From assembly GCF_009914755.1 (NCBI RefSeq), contig NC_060929.1: a stretch of 64,000 nucleotides of DNA; one strand, written 5' to 3'. The stretch is from the human T2T-CHM13v2.0 reference genome, Homo sapiens. The stretch's first letter is position 1. Every line of letters begins with the position of its first letter. The notes beneath the pieces are model-generated. The model had not been told where the DNA came from and did not search any database. It was given only the letters and a program-made list of their open reading frames with translations. Below are positions 39,679 through 54,668 of this stretch, piece after piece. Made by a program: the position numbers and the translations under genes.

Positions 39679-39979
39679 TAGTTGGCCCTCTGTATCCACA
39701 AGTTCCTGATCCACATATTCAACAAATTGCAGATCAAAAATATTTGAAAAAAATTAAAATACAATAAAATAATAAAGATAAAAACAATACATTTACAGAG
39801 AACTGACATTGTATTAGGTATTATAAGCAATCTATAAATAATGTAAACTATACAAGATGATGTACACAGGTTATATGCAAATACTACACCCATTTTATAT
39901 AAGGAACTTGAATATCTATGGATTTTAGTATGCACAGGGATTTTGGAACCAATTTCCTGTGGATACTGAGGGATGACTG
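39679..39979. mobile_element. MER2 (TcMar-Tigger MITE)
   Basis: Terminal inverted repeats tagttggccctctgtatcc / ggatactgagggatgactg flanked by TA. Confidence 0.88.
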
Positions 39980-40270
39980 TATTTGCAGTACCTTTCTTAA
40001 AGACAATATTTTGATGTATCATGTTTTTCAATCTACTCTGTCAATCTCTGTCTTTTCATTAGTATAGCTAGAGCATTTTTACTTACTGTAATTGCTTATG
40101 TAACAGCGTTTATATCTGCCATTTAATTTTTTTTATTTGTGGTTTGTTTCTGTATTGTTTTGTTTCTGTTTTTTCTTTCTGCCTTCATGGGTGTTAAACA
40201 TGTTTTAGAATTCCAATTTCTCTAGTTTGAGTATATTTCTTTGAATAGCTTTTTTAGTGGTTTCTCTACA

Positions 40271-40970
<700 letters not shown>

Positions 40971-41084
40971 TTAGGTATTATATTACATATACATAACTTA
41001 ATGCAGGCTATTGATGTCATCATTTTACTCCTTTAAGTGCATAAATCTTGCCTTCTTTTATGTCCTTTTACTGCTCTTTATTTG

Positions 41085-41469
41085 GGTCTTAGCTCAGGCT
41101 GCCACTGAAAACTACCAAAGGCTGGGTGGTTTAATAATAGTATTAAATTTATTAATTAAATTTATTTCTCACAGTTCTGAGTGCTGAAAGTCTCTAGGAT
41201 AAGGGTAAAAGCATGGTCCATTTCTAGTGAGGCTTCTTCTCCCATCTTGCAGATGTTCGCTTTCTCCGTGTCCTCACATGGCTGAAGAAGAGGAAGCTCC
41301 CTAGAATCTCATCTCATAACAGTTAATTCTATTACGAGGGCCTCACCCTCACCGCCTAATCTGAACCTAATCTGAACCCAAAAGACCCCCTTTCCAGACA
41401 CCATTACATCAGGGATTAGCGCTTCAACATGTAATTTTTAGGGGATGGGACACGATTCAGTCGTTAGCA
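41085..41469 (-). mobile_element. MLT1A-like solo LTR
   Basis: tttatttctcacagttctg, tgtcctcacatggc, gcttcaacatg; perfect 5-bp TSD atttg at 41080-41084 and 41470-41474. Confidence 0.85.
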
Positions 41470-42277
41470 ATTTGTAATGTAATCGTCTTAAATATTTTCT
41501 TTATAGACATTTAGGACTACACCAGACAGTGCTACTATTTTTGCTATTACTGTGAAATATAATAACATAACGTAGAAAGCTCAAGAGGAGAAGAAAAGTC
41601 TATTACATTTACCCATGTATTTTACTTTGTTCCTTCTTCATTTTTAATGCTCCAAGAATCCTTCTGCTATCATTTCCTTTCTGTTTACAGAACTTAATTT
41701 GGTCATTCTTTTAGAGTAAGTTCAATGGGAACAAATTGTATTAGTTTTATTTCTTCCAAAACTGTCCTTATTTCCTTTTTTCCTGAAGAATATTTTTGTT
41801 GGAGATAGAATTTGGGGTTGACATTTCCTTCTTTCAGTACCTGACAATGTTGTATCATTCTTTCTAGCCTCTAACAGTTTCTGGTGAGAAATCTGCTGTC
41901 ATTTGAATTATTTCTTTTCTACAAGTAAACTGTCATTTATGTCTCCCTGCTTTCATAATTATTTTGTCTTTCATTTTCAGAAGTTTGACTATGGCATTTA
42001 TTGGTGTGAATTTCTTTGGTTTTCTTCTGTTTGGGATTCAGTTGGTTCCTTGAATCTGTATGCTTAAACCTTTTGCCAAATTTGAGATATTTCAAGTACT
42101 TTATCAGCTATGCTATCTTCCTCCTCTCATTTCAGGACTTCAGTGATATCAAAGTTAGAACTTGTCTTATAGTTCCATATGTCCCTGAGGCTCTGTCCGT
42201 TATTTTATCCAGTCCATTTTTTTTTTCTTTAGTTTGGATTGTATCATTTCTATTGTTGTAGAATAAAGACCCCTAAT

Positions 42278-42503
42278 GTTTCTTTCATATGACAGGGTCT
42301 CACTTTTTCACCCAGGCTGGAGTGCAGCAGCACAATCACAGCTTGATGCAGCCTCAAGCAGTGTTCCCATCTCAGCCTCCCAAGTAGCTGAGAGTACAGG
42401 CACCACCACACCTGGTTACTTTTTATTATTTTTTTGTAGAGATGGGGTCTTGCTATGTTTCCCAGGGTGGTCTTGAACTTCTAGGTTTAAGCGATCCTCC
42501 TGC
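42278..42503 (-). mobile_element. AluJ, truncated
   Basis: gacagggtctcact...cacaatcacagct...tgtagagatggggtcttgctatg. Confidence 0.85.
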
Positions 42504-43769
42504 ACTGCCTGAATTTTTTCTCTAGCTCCTCTATTTGCCTAATGCAAGCTGCTGATCTCACTGTGGATCCAGGGCCCCTAACCCTAGCAGCCATACTCGG
42601 CCACAGACCCAGAATCTGTTTTCAGAGTTGTGTACTCCCTACAGTTACTAATGTGGCTCCTCATGCACCTGCAGAATCTGTAGCCACTGGCTTTGAATTA
42701 CATTACTTTCAGTTTGATACATTGAAGGTTGAAAAGCTGTGAAATCTTTACAAATGCATTGCTCACATGGTTTAGTCTATGCTCCCAAGTAACTTTCAAG
42801 GAGATACAGTCCAAAAAGTCCAAATTAACTTTTAAGTATTGCAGTTTTTATGTTTCTCAAGAGATGTTAAAGAAGAGCCAATTCATATGACCTTTCTCAT
42901 GCAACTTTTTCTCCTACCTAAGTCTCTTCTATGCAATATTTCACTCAATGCTTTAAGAGCCTGTGTGGATTTTGTTCTTTTATGCTGTACCTCATATCAC
43001 TGAACCTAACATATTTTATTAAACCTTTCCTTTCCACTTACTCCTTTTTGGATTTATTTTTCTTAGTCTATTCACTTGCTTCTGTATTAAAAAACTTTGA
43101 GAATCACTCTGGAAAGGCAGACCATTCTTCAAGAGAGGGCTGGTGGGAGTTGGGAAGAGATTGTGAACATACTTTTGAATTCCATCACAGCTGCCAATGC
43201 TTTCATAAAATTTCCTACTTCTATAGAGTTAGCTTTTTAAAGTATGATACCCAATGTAATAAAATCAACATTATTTTATCTGCCAGTAGCTCAGAGTTAA
43301 TTAGACACTAATTTAAAAAAATTCTCAACGCCTCATTTCACTGTGTAGGCATGAGCAATGCAAGTGTCATTTTGTATGCGAGATCCAGAGTGGAAACCAC
43401 ACATTTAAAGTTGGGCAATATGTATCTAGTTCCAAACATTGCTGAATAGGTGTTTGGGCTGGAAATGATATCAGGGATTTTCCAGCCCCATGTTTTTCAG
43501 TCTGGAATGTATGTCTCCAGTGGTGCACCAGAGAATATAATGCTACAAGAAAACAGTGCACGTCATTCTAGAAAAGCAATTCTATACAATAATGATTGGA
43601 AAAATAAGGATAAGAGTAAAACAATAACAGATATATTTTTCAATAAAATAAAATTTGAGGCTACTTTAAAGATATATTGTGACATTTCAAAGAAATTGAG
43701 ATTTTTTAAATACTGGACTGCTTCCAACTGTGCCCCCATACCTTACTAGAATATATATTCACCCTCTCT

Positions 43770-43982
43770 TCATATAGGACATCTGGATGCACATTATGAT
43801 AACCTGGGGTGCTGTTTAAATTATAGTGTTCTTCTGCACATGAATCCCAGCCCTTACTTCAAACATGTTGCAATCAAAATATCTTAAGACTAAGAACCTG
43901 AGCATCTGGTTTTTGTTTTTACTTTATTTAAATTAAAACTCTCTAGCCATTCCAATGTGAAACCAGCATTGAGAGTCACTGA
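43770..43982. mobile_element. MER5-family MITE, decayed
   Basis: tggatgcacattatgataacctggggtgctgtttaaa...attccaatgtgaaaccagcattgagagtcactg. Confidence 0.5.
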
Positions 43983-45420
43983 TTTAGGAGGTACTTCATT
44001 GGAAACATAAGAAAAACATGGGTATATTCTTTTCATTTTTTACCTAAGGCAGCTAAAACTCAGAAACTAGAAGGAATTCAGTCAGGTCACATAGCATATT
44101 ACTGTTAGAGCTGAAACTAGAATGCAGAAATCTGATGTCTATGAAGTGATTTTATCATTATCATGTTTATTCCCATTATATTTATAATTGCCTGGTGTCA
44201 ATTTCACAGACAATTGCTGCACAAACGACTATTTAGAAAAAGAACCTCAAGGCTATCCCACTAAGAAAAGTATCTTCCTACATAATAAATTAACAAATCA
44301 GGAGTGTCTGGGCTGATCCCCACAGAAGGTTTAAATAGAAATAGCCTGAGCTTGGAAGGTCTGGGTATTTTCCCATTTCCAAGTACCTATCTGCTTATTT
44401 CTTTAACTCAATAAATAGGCATTAAAGCATAGCTCAGTGTTGGTCATCCCAAGGAAAGTAAAGCGGATCAGGATTTCCCAGAGCTCTCAAGGAGTTTTCT
44501 AGTCCAGTGGAAAACCCAGGCATGCCTACAACTGCTATCAGTCGAGGCAAGATAGCATGAGAGAGATACCAGCACAGATGGTGGGGGACTAACAGAAAAG
44601 AGATGATGCTTTGGAAGAGGAGGACCAAAAATGTTTCATGGCAAAGAGAGCTTTGAGTTCAGCCTTAAAGACTGAATAGTGTTTGATTTGAGTGGAAGGG
44701 GGGTATACCTCACCTATGGTAGCCAGAGTGAAGGCATGGGGTGGAAATGTGTAGGTTCCATACTGAACCTGCATTTCACAGAAGGTTTGGATCTCAATCA
44801 GGGATGAAAAAATTACATTTAAAAAACTCTTGAAAATTAGTCACCCATGGAATAGAGTACATATCTTATATAACCAACCTCATGCAGTAATTCTTATGTA
44901 TAAGTACAGGGAAACAACTCTGAGCAAGTGCAAAGAATAAAATAGGGTAAGTCCGTATGGCTCCCTGAATATCCAAATCGGTCTATCTTTAAGGTAACCA
45001 TCAAATCTCTAGGAAGATGGCAAATTCTATAATGTTATGGCTTGCAATGTCAGGATTTATGATTTTATATCAAGCATATTATAGATATGTTTGCTGAAAT
45101 GAGGTCTGAAGGAGGTAGAAGATTCAAACCTTACAATAGAGAAAGCAGTATCAGGTTTTCCCATGTGATAAATATCTAGATGTTGTGACTTCACTGTAGA
45201 AGATGAATAATGAGGGGTGGGATCCCAGGGCGTCTGCATCACAAATAAACATTTGGCAATCATATGCCTCTTAGTCTATGCTAAGGAATAAATACAGAAT
45301 GTAGAGGAGAGCGGAAGGCATGGGACCCACCATCACCCCAGCTGTTTTAGGATATGGGATTCAAGATAACTGATAAAAATAGAATTAAATAAAGAGTCAA
45401 ATATTAGCCTCCACTACTAC

Positions 45421-46380
45421 TGAAGCAGGATATTTCCCTGACCCCTTTGTGGGACTCATGACAGGGTGCCACATTTACTCAGCCCGCCGCTCTCAACTCC
45501 TCATGGGAGGGAGTGTGAGAGCAAACAAGTATGGGAACTGGAGTGAATGAATGCTGGAACCAGCCAGCCGCTTTGGCATGGGTGGGATCAAACTCCACTC
45601 ACTCGATACCCTGCATTCCACCCCTTGTGGGAGGGAAACATGCAGGTGAGTGGGTGCAGGAACTGGCAGGATACTTTAGTGTCAGCAGGAGTGAGCTTCA
45701 TGCAGGTCCCACGGCAGCACTCAGCAGGCAGGGGTGCCTGTGACTCCTGAAGCCCCAGAGGGCATGTTACAGTACTCTTTTAGCTCTGCCATCTGCAAAC
45801 AGCTTACGTGTTAACAGCTCAGTGGGCCCTTTGCCTTTTTATGTGAGGTGGCTGCCCTCCATTAGCAAGGGCAAAGGGGCAGTGTGACAGCCTTTTGTAT
45901 CTGCACTCATGGCTCCCAGACTCTTGTCCAGCATCCAGGAAAAATGAGGTCACACGAATGAATTGAAGGATGGTAAATTTGGAGGATTTTATTGCCAATT
46001 AAAGTGGCTCTCAGTGGGAAATGAAACTGAAAAGGAGACGGTGTGGGTAAGTAATCTTCCCCTGAAGTCCAGCCATCTCTGCCTGGATTCTTCTCCAAAG
46101 TTATGTCATCAAGCTGTCCCTCTGAAGTCAAGCCTCTTCTCTCTGATGTCTAGCTGTAGTCTTGTCTACTGGTTGAGTCTGGGGTTTTTATAGGCACAGG
46201 ATGTGGCAGGGCAGGGCCATGGGTGGGTTAGGAAAAGGCAACATTTGAGCAGGAAAACAGGGATATAAGTTTCTACTTTGGTGGCAGTTTCAGGCTTTTC
46301 GGCTTGAAGGTGGGGTTTTGCCAGGGATCTGCCCTTGTCTGCCCAGAATTTCTCTGCCTCCTGCCTTTATTATTGTATCA
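45421..46380 (-). mobile_element. ERV1 solo LTR, LTR28/LTR27-like, 960 bp
   Basis: Minus start tgatac...ggcaggaggcagagaaattctgggcagac, TATA-like cctataaaaacccc, end ggggtcagggaaatatcctgcttca; 4-bp TSD ctac at 45417-45420 and 46381-46384. Confidence 0.85.
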
Positions 46381-48879
46381 CTACCTTAAAAGATTATTTT
46401 TCTCCTGTAAGCCAGGGAGGTAGGTTTAGCTGAGTGAGAAAGAAGTTTACTGATGGTGTCAGGCGTGAAATCCTCATGCACTAGAAAGCAGACTCAGTCC
46501 AGATCACATTATTTCTGACCTAGGAAATGTTCATCAGTGTCCAGGAAAGCTGTAAAAGGGAGTTCCTGCCTCACAAGACCCAGCAGACCAGAACATAGAC
46601 TTACCGTAGGAGCTGAAGACCTGTTTTCCTTTTCACTTAACTTTTCCCCTTGTCTTTTTTTCTCTTCTCTCTCTTTTCCCAAACTTTTCTTTTACCCTGG
46701 GAATATTTATTTATTATTTATTTTATTATTTTTTATTTTTTATTTTTCTCCCAGGAATAGAAGAGGCTGATTTGGGTATAGAGTCACAGATGTTATTACT
46801 ATCGTGATTGCTGCTGTTGTTGGAACTCTGTAGCTTTTTGTGGAAGCATGTGCCTGTATGAGACTCTTCAGAAATATGACTTAGTTTTAGTATGACCTGT
46901 TTATATTGATATTAATGTTAAATGATGTCTCAGAAGACTCAATCACCTGAGCCAACTAATAAGAAATGATAAGTAGTAGGAAATAATGACAAGTACTAAT
47001 AAGTGGTAAGTAATAGGAAAGTGCAGAGGAAAGAGAGATCTCTGGCCTTGAAGTAATAAGGGAAGCTTGCATTTTCTGGATAAGCCGTGTTTTTTTTCAG
47101 ACAGCTTCAATGAAAAAAAAAAAAAAAGCCACAGTGTCAGGAGCGTATAAACTTCTGGGATACTTGGTTCTGAACACTAAAAGGCTCAGAAAGCTGTGAG
47201 ACCACATCATGATTTGAGAAACCCAGATATTTCTTTGCAAACACTCAATACTCATTACCACTACCCCTCATCAATTCTTTTAGGAATAGTGAGTAGGGAA
47301 GAAACAAAAAACTGAGCATTTTGGATTTTTAAAAGGAGCTTCATGGAGGCTGTTAGGAAAATGTAGGGATGAGAATCGAAATGAGTGCAAGTAGGAAAAT
47401 CCATAGAAACATAAGACATTCTGGAAGAACGGGCCAAATGTGGCTCCTCATCTGCCACAGGCTCCCCAAAATATATGGGTTTGTTATTCCAAGCACATAG
47501 GAGGTGCTCCTATACCACCACCATAATCTGTCCCTGCTAATAAACTGTGAGCCCCCCGAGGGCAGGGATGATGCTTTATTATTCCATCAGTGACCATGGC
47601 TTAGTACCTAAGAGGTGAACTACAGATGTTGGAAAGACAGAAAGGAAACAAGTAGGAAGGTTAGCTGATCAAATGTCTAGCTTACGGAGCTGTTATAAAA
47701 ATAAAATATTTGTGAAAGTGTTTCGTGCTATGCTTTGTGCACAGTTTGTCCATTATAAGTGTTTCCTGAATCTGAATTTGCTCAATTCTCTGGAAATGCT
47801 CATCAGAACAGTTCTATTTCCGGGCATCTTTAAAACTCCCTGCCATGCTTGAAAACAACGCATTTCTCTTCAACACACATCTTCATCTTGCTGAGAAGAT
47901 CAAACGTTAACTCCTATTTGTTCTTGGTCCTCTGAACCACAAAAGCAACTCCCATCTTTTTCTCTCATGCCTTCCGTGTGAGCACAAGAACTGTGTCATC
48001 TTGCAAGAAAGTTTTTTCCCACCCCATCTTCCCAAGTAGCCAGCAATCCATCTTACTTGTACTCTTTGGATTTCTTCAGTTTCGACCATTGCCTTTTCTT
48101 TGTTTTGAGATACAATTTCTTGCAAAGCTTTCTAAAAAAGGACAATGTATTAAAATGCAATTTAAATTTTTTTAAATGAGGTGCTATCACTTACATTTCA
48201 ATCAACTGTAAAATCCTTATCTATCCTTCCCCCACTTACTATGTTCCATCTTTGTCTAAAGTTTTCTAGTTACATTCATGTTTATTACAGAGAATGCTAT
48301 GGGCATGAGTAAGTAATATACAAATGGAAGAACTACTGGTTTTTCAGGGCTTGAAAAACAAAACTCAAAATAAAGTGCTGCTTTAAGGACAGAAAGGGAA
48401 TATGACTAATTAGACAATGAGAGATATATAGAGACAGCAAAGTTTGTGTAGCAAAGCCTGGTAGGGAAGTTGGCGGGGAGAGTAATGAATGACAATTTGG
48501 ATTGTAGACAATATGAGCATCATGACAATATGAGCATAAAATGGCAGGGTTGGGTTGGGTCTTCAAAAATAAAAATAAAAATAAAAAAAATCTCAAACGC
48601 AAATTGTTCTGAAATGTGGGAACACAAGGAGGCTCTCTTTGGGGATCATTATAACAGATGTTGACACCAGATTGTACATGTGCCTTTGATAAGTCAGGGG
48701 ATAGGGAAGAGACAGTAACTCCCTCCCACCACATTTTAGCAGAATACCAGCACTGTTGTGCTACATTACTGCAGTTGTGGCAAGGATTAGTCTGTGGCAT
48801 TCATTTAAGTGGATAACATGTGGGCTACAAATTGTCATGGAAGGCACATATTTTAAAGTCCAAACTCCTTAGTGTTCTT

Positions 48880-49245
48880 CGTAAGACCTCCATCATCCTG
48901 ACCTCTGCCTGTCTGCTCCCACCTTCCCCGCACTGTTCTGGAATTTGAACTCTAGGCTCCAAACACAGTGAACTTCCAAGGCCTCAACACTGAATTTTCG
49001 TGGCTGTCTTTCCTATGCTTGAATCCATCTCTTCTTTGACTCTTCAAAGCGTTTTCCTTGAATTCACCTCCTGTGTTGTTTAGATGAAGTGCTTTCCTTA
49101 AACCTTCCTCCTAGCACTGCCCACTGTGAAGTGCCTGCTTATTCCTCAATGCCCCTCCACCCTGATCTTGAGCTCATGCAGGACGAGGCCTGATACATTC
49201 ATGAATTCTTTGTCAGGCACATAAATGCTCAATACAGATGCTCTT
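48880..49245 (+). mobile_element. L2 3' fragment
   Basis: catcctgacctctgcct...tgagctcatgcaggacgaggcc...ggcacataaatgctcaatac. Confidence 0.6.
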
Positions 49246-49369
49246 TTATTAACACTAACTACTTATTAAAAGTTTATTTAGTGAGTGCACATAAAATATA
49301 TGAAAGAATATCTTCAATGACTCATCAGTGCTCAACATGCTAGACTTACATTCAGTAGTAGGTTCTTGA

Positions 49370-50800
49370 TTAATCAATTACTTAATCAGATAATTGTTAT
49401 TAGCATTATATGAAAAGCACTGTTTTGATGCTTGCAATAAATTGGTGAACAAAAAAGATAAAACTCTCTGCCCTCATTGAGTTTACATTCTAGTGTATGT
49501 ATGCGTTGGGAGAAGGACAAATAATAAATCTAATAAATAAGTACATAATATGTTAGAAACATGTCATGGATAAAAGCAAAAGGAAGAGAGAATAAAGAAT
49601 ATGATGGATAGAGTATTGTACTGTGAATAAATAGGAGATCAGAGTAGTTATTGTTGAGGTTGTGACATAAGCAAACTATTACGGGAAATAAGAGATATAA
49701 CAATGTTAACATCTGGTGGGAAAATATTACTGGATGGAGAACTTGCAGGGAAATGCCCTAAGGCAAGAACATGAGTAGGATGTTTAAAGACAGCAAGAAG
49801 ACCAGGAGGGCTGAAACACAGTGAACAAAGTGGTGATAGGGATAACCATGGAGGAGGAATTTGGGAGGCAGGGGATGTCATATACTGACTCGTAGTTCCT
49901 TACAGGAACTTCGCTTTTTATTCCAAATGACATGGAAACTAGAGGTACTGGAGGGTTCTGAGCAGAGGAGGAACATGATATGAATTACATTTTAAAAGAC
50001 CCACTCTGGCTCCTGCATTGAGTGGACTGTAAGTAGACCAGAGACAGAAACAGGTAGACTAGTCAGGAGGCTATTGCAGAGATCCAACTGGTTCACACCA
50101 GGGTGGTATCAGTGACATAGTGAGAACTGATCTCATTTTGGATACATTTTGAAGAGAGGAGATTTCCTGATAGATGAGAAATAGACTGCAAGAAAAGAGG
50201 GGAAAGATTACCCCAAGATTTTTGTCCTGAACACTTGGCAGGATGGACTCCCATTAACTGAATTGAAAACGGTAAGAAAAAATGTGAAAGATCAGAAATT
50301 TGGTTTTGGATTAAAGGCAGATGGACAAACAAATCTGGAGTTCAGAAAAGAATTATGTGCTGGAGGGAAAAACCTGGGATTACTAGCGTAGAGATGGTAT
50401 GAGAAGCCATGGGACTGAATGTAATCATGGAGAAAGTAAGGTAAGGGAGAAGGGAAGCAAGAATGGAAGCCTGGAGCATTATATTCTATAAGAGAGTTAA
50501 AAAACTGAACCCTAAAGCATCATGATCAGAAAGAAGAGAAAGGAGCAAGCAAAGGTAACTAACAAGTAAGTAGAGGAAACCAGTGAGATTGAAGGAATGC
50601 CTAATGCCCTGTAAATCAAATTTAAAAAAGGGAAGATATGATCAACTGTGTTCAATGCTACTGACAGGTCAAATCAGATGAGGACCAGGAATTAACCACT
50701 GAATTTAGCAACGTGGTGGTGCAAGTCACTGGTGAGCTTGATAAATTTTTTTTTGTAAAATAGTGGGAATGAAACTTGCTTAGAATCAGGTCAAGAGAGA
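49370..50800 (-). mobile_element. L2a, about 1.4 kb 3' portion
   Basis: ctctgccctcattgagtttacattctagtg; ggagggttctgagcagaggaggaacatgat; ttaaccactgaatttagcaacgtgg. Confidence 0.88.
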
Positions 50801-50969
50801 TTAGGAACAATATTTCTTGTTGAGGAATTATGCCATGAATTTGAGTGACCATCAGTTAAAATCTTGGCTGTAGCAATAAGGTATGATAATCTGACTTTGG
50901 GCTAGGTATTCAGAGCAGGACAGGAGGAAATGTTTGTTTCAACAGGCTGAGAACACTAAGGGTTAGAAT

Positions 50970-51195
50970 AAGAGTTATTGTGGGTTGAACATATTCATAT
51001 GTGCCAAGCACTGCATAAACATTTGATGTGCATCACCTCCTAAAATGGTTACAGCAAGCTTAGGAGTAAGTCCTATAATTTCCTTTATTTTACTGAAGAG
51101 GATACAGGAACTCTCCGAGGTTTCATTGCTTGTCCAAAGTTACATGGTAAATAGCACAGCTGGAACCCTAAGGCCAGGCTTTTAACCACTACGAT
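50970..51195 (-). mobile_element. MIR
   Basis: tatgtgccaagcactg...ttgcttgtccaaagttacatggtaaatagcacagctggaaccc. Confidence 0.65.
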
Positions 51196-54100
51196 GGTTA
51201 CAACTTCTCTTGAGACTCCAAAAGGATTTACAGAAATAGTTGAGAAGACTTCAGTGAGAGTGAAGGAAGATTTGGGCAAGACATTCTGCCTCTGTTAACA
51301 GAAATTCAAATTAATACATTAACTTGAAAGATATAAGTGGTCTTATTTTATTTATGCATAACATTAACAAAAGCATTGCTTTTAAATTATACCAAAACTA
51401 CAAAAGCCAGCTTCTAACTTGAATTTTATACCTGTTGGAATTCCAGATTTTCTTTAATCAATAAGCTTTATTTGTTAAAGCAGTTTCATGTTTGCAACAA
51501 AGTTGAATGGGAAGTAGAGTCTCCATAAACCCCTGTCCCCTCACATGCACAAACTCTCCCATTATCAATATCCTTCACCAGAGTGGTATAATCATTAGAA
51601 CCAATGAATCTACATTGCCACATCACTGTCAACTAAAATCTGTAGTTTACATTAGGGTTCACTCTTGGTGTTATAGATTCTATGGTTTGGACAAATGTAT
51701 AATGACATATTTACCATCAGAGTACCATACAGAATAGCTTCACTGCCCTAAAAATTCTCTGTGTTCTGCCTATTCATCCCTCTCTCTAACAACTGATACA
51801 GCTACTGATATGTTTATTAAGTACAGAGTTGTGCCTTTTTTCCAGACTGTTATTTAGTTGAAATCATACAGTATATAACCTTTTCTGATTGGCTTCTTTC
51901 ATTTACTAATATGCAATTAAGTTTCCTACAGTTCTTTATATAGCTCACTTTTTTAAAGCACTGTAATATTACATTGTACAGATACCACAGTTTATATAAC
52001 CATTCAGCTATGAAAGGCATATTGGTTGCTTCCAAGTTTTGGTAATTATTAATAAAGCTGCTGTAAACATGTTTTTGTGTGGATGTGAGGTTTTTTATTC
52101 ATTTGGGTCAATACCAGATAGCATGATTGCTGAACCATATGGTACGGGATGTTTACTTTTGTGAAAAACTGCCAGGTTCTCTTTCAAAGTTGCTGTTCCT
52201 TTTTGCATTCCAACCAGCATGAATGAGAATTTCTGCTGCTCCACATCCTCAGTGGCATGTGATGTTGTCAATGTTCTGGATTTTAGCCATTCTAATAGTT
52301 GTATGGTGGTATCTCATCTTTGTTTTAATTTACAATTTCCCAATGACATATGATGTTGAATAACTTTTCATATGCTTACTTGTCACCTGAATATCTTTGG
52401 TGAGATATCTGTTCAGGTCTTTTGCCCATCAGGTTGCCTTTTTTAATTGCTGATTTTCAAATTTTTTAAAAAGTATTTTGGATAATACTCTTATTAGATG
52501 TATTTTTTGCAAATATTTCCTCCCAATCTATGGCTTGTCTTCTCTTTCTCTTGACATTGTCTCAGAGCAAAAGTTTCTAATTTTAACAAAGCTCAACTTA
52601 GCAGTCATTTCTTTCGTAAATCACGCCTTTGGTATTGTATCTAAAAAGTCACTGTTATAACCAAGGTAACCTATGTTTTCTTCTATGTGATCTTCCAGGA
52701 GTTTTATGATTTTGCATTTTGCATTTAGGTCTATAATCCACTTTAATTTTTGTGAAAGGTGTAAGGTATGTGTCTATATTCATTTTTTTTTGTATGTAGA
52801 TGTTTAGTCATTTCAGCACCACTTGTTGAAAAGACTGTCTGTTCCTTTGTATTTCCTTTGCTTCTTTGTAAAAGATCAGTTGACTGTATTTTTGTGGGTT
52901 TATTTCTGGGACCTCTATTCTGTTCCATTGATGTGTTTATGCTTTTGTCAATACTATATTGTTTTGATTACTGTAGCTTTATAGTAAGTCATGAAGTCAA
53001 GTAGTGTCAGGCCTCCAACTTTGTTCTCTTTAAACATTGAACTCATTATCCTGAGTCTTTTGTCTCTCTCCTAAACTTTAGAATCAGCTTGTCAATATCC
53101 ACAGAACAATTTGTTGGGATTTTGATTGGGATTGCATTGAATTTGTAGATCAAGTTGGGAAGAACTGACATCTTAACAATATTGACTATTCCTATTCATG
53201 AATATGGAGTATCTCTTCATTTAGTTTGTTCTTTGATTTCTTTTGTCAAAGTCTTGTAATTTTCCTTATATAACTTTTGTGCATATTTTGTTAGATATAT
53301 ACCTAAGTATTTCATTTCTCAGGATGCCAATATAAATGTCAATGTATTTTTAAAGTTCTACTTTTTTATTTTATATAAAAAAGTTATTGATTTTTGTGTA
53401 TTAACTTATGTACTATACAGACTTGCTGTAATTATTAGTTTCAGGAGTTTTTTAGATTGTTCATATAGATGGTCATGCCATTTACAAACAAAGACAGTTT
53501 TATTTCTTCCTTCTTGACCTGTGTATGTTTTATTTCATTTTCTTGTTTCATTGCATTAACTAGGATACTCAATATGTTTTTGAAAAGCAGTGGTAAGAAA
53601 GGATATTCTAGTTTTGTTCTTAATCTTAGCAGGAAAAATTCAAGTTTCTAACCATTAACTATGATAACTGAAGGCTTTTTGTAGATGTTCTCTGTCAAGT
53701 GGATAAAATTCCTCTTTATTCCTATTTTGCTGAAAGTTTTCATGATGAATAGCCGTTGCATTTTGTTAAATGCTTTCTCTGAATGTATTGATATAATCAT
53801 GTGATTTTTGTTAGCCTGTTGACATGGTGGATTACATTAATTTTCAATGCTGAACCAGTCTTGCATATCTGAAACAAATCTTGCTTGATCATGGTGCATA
53901 ATTATTTTTATACATTGCTGGATTTGATTTTCTAGTAGTTTGTCAAGGTTTTTTATATCTCTGTTCATGAGAGATATTGGTCTATACTTTTCTTGTAGTA
54001 TCTTTGTCTGACTTTGGTATCAGGGTAATGTTGGCCTCAAGATTAATTACAAAGTACTCCCTCTGCTTCTAAATTATGGAACAAATTGTAGAAAATTGGT

Positions 54101-54384
54101 ATAATTTCTTTCTTAAATGCTTGATAGAATTCACCAGTACACTGATCTGGACCTGGTGCTTTCTGTTTTAGGAGGTTATTGATTACTGATTCAATTTATT
54201 TAATAGGTATAGGCCTGTTCAGATTGTCTATTTCTTCTTATGTGAATTTTGGCAGGTTGCTTTCAAGGAATTGATCAATTTCTTGTGAATTTCATCTATG
54301 TTTTCAAATTTTGGGGCTTAGAGTTTTTCATAATATTCCTTTATTATGTATGCTCTGAATGTCCATGGATTCAGTAGTGATATC

Positions 54385-54668
54385 TTTTTTTTTTCTTGGT
54401 TAGAATTTTGCTGTTACCCTGGCTGCAGTGCAGTGGTACAGTCATAGCTTACTGCAGCCTCAAACTCCTGGGCTCAAGTGAACCTCCTACCTCAGATTCC
54501 TGAATAGCAGGACTACAGGTGCATGCCACCATGGTTCACTTAATTTTTTTTTTTATTTTTGTAGAGACAGAATCTCACTAAGTTGCCCAGGCTGGTCTTG
54601 AACTACTGGCCTCAAGCAATCCTCCCACCTCAGCCTCCCAAAGTGCTGGGATTACTGGCATGAGCCAC
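54385..54668 (-). mobile_element. AluJ (Jr/Jo-like)
   Basis: tcatagcttactgcagcctcaaactcctgggctcaagtg...ctggcctcaagcaatcctcccacctcagcc. Confidence 0.88.

Noticed and set aside
39591-40031. 146-aa ORF
   Set aside because: Spans MER2 and L1 sequence; chance open frame
42931-43749. 126-aa and 99-aa ORFs in unique sequence
   Set aside because: No recognisable motif or codon bias; lengths compatible with chance in 64 kb
48333-48800. 155-aa ORF in unique sequence
   Set aside because: Crosses a low-complexity (AAAAAT)n tract and a local duplication; no recognisable homology
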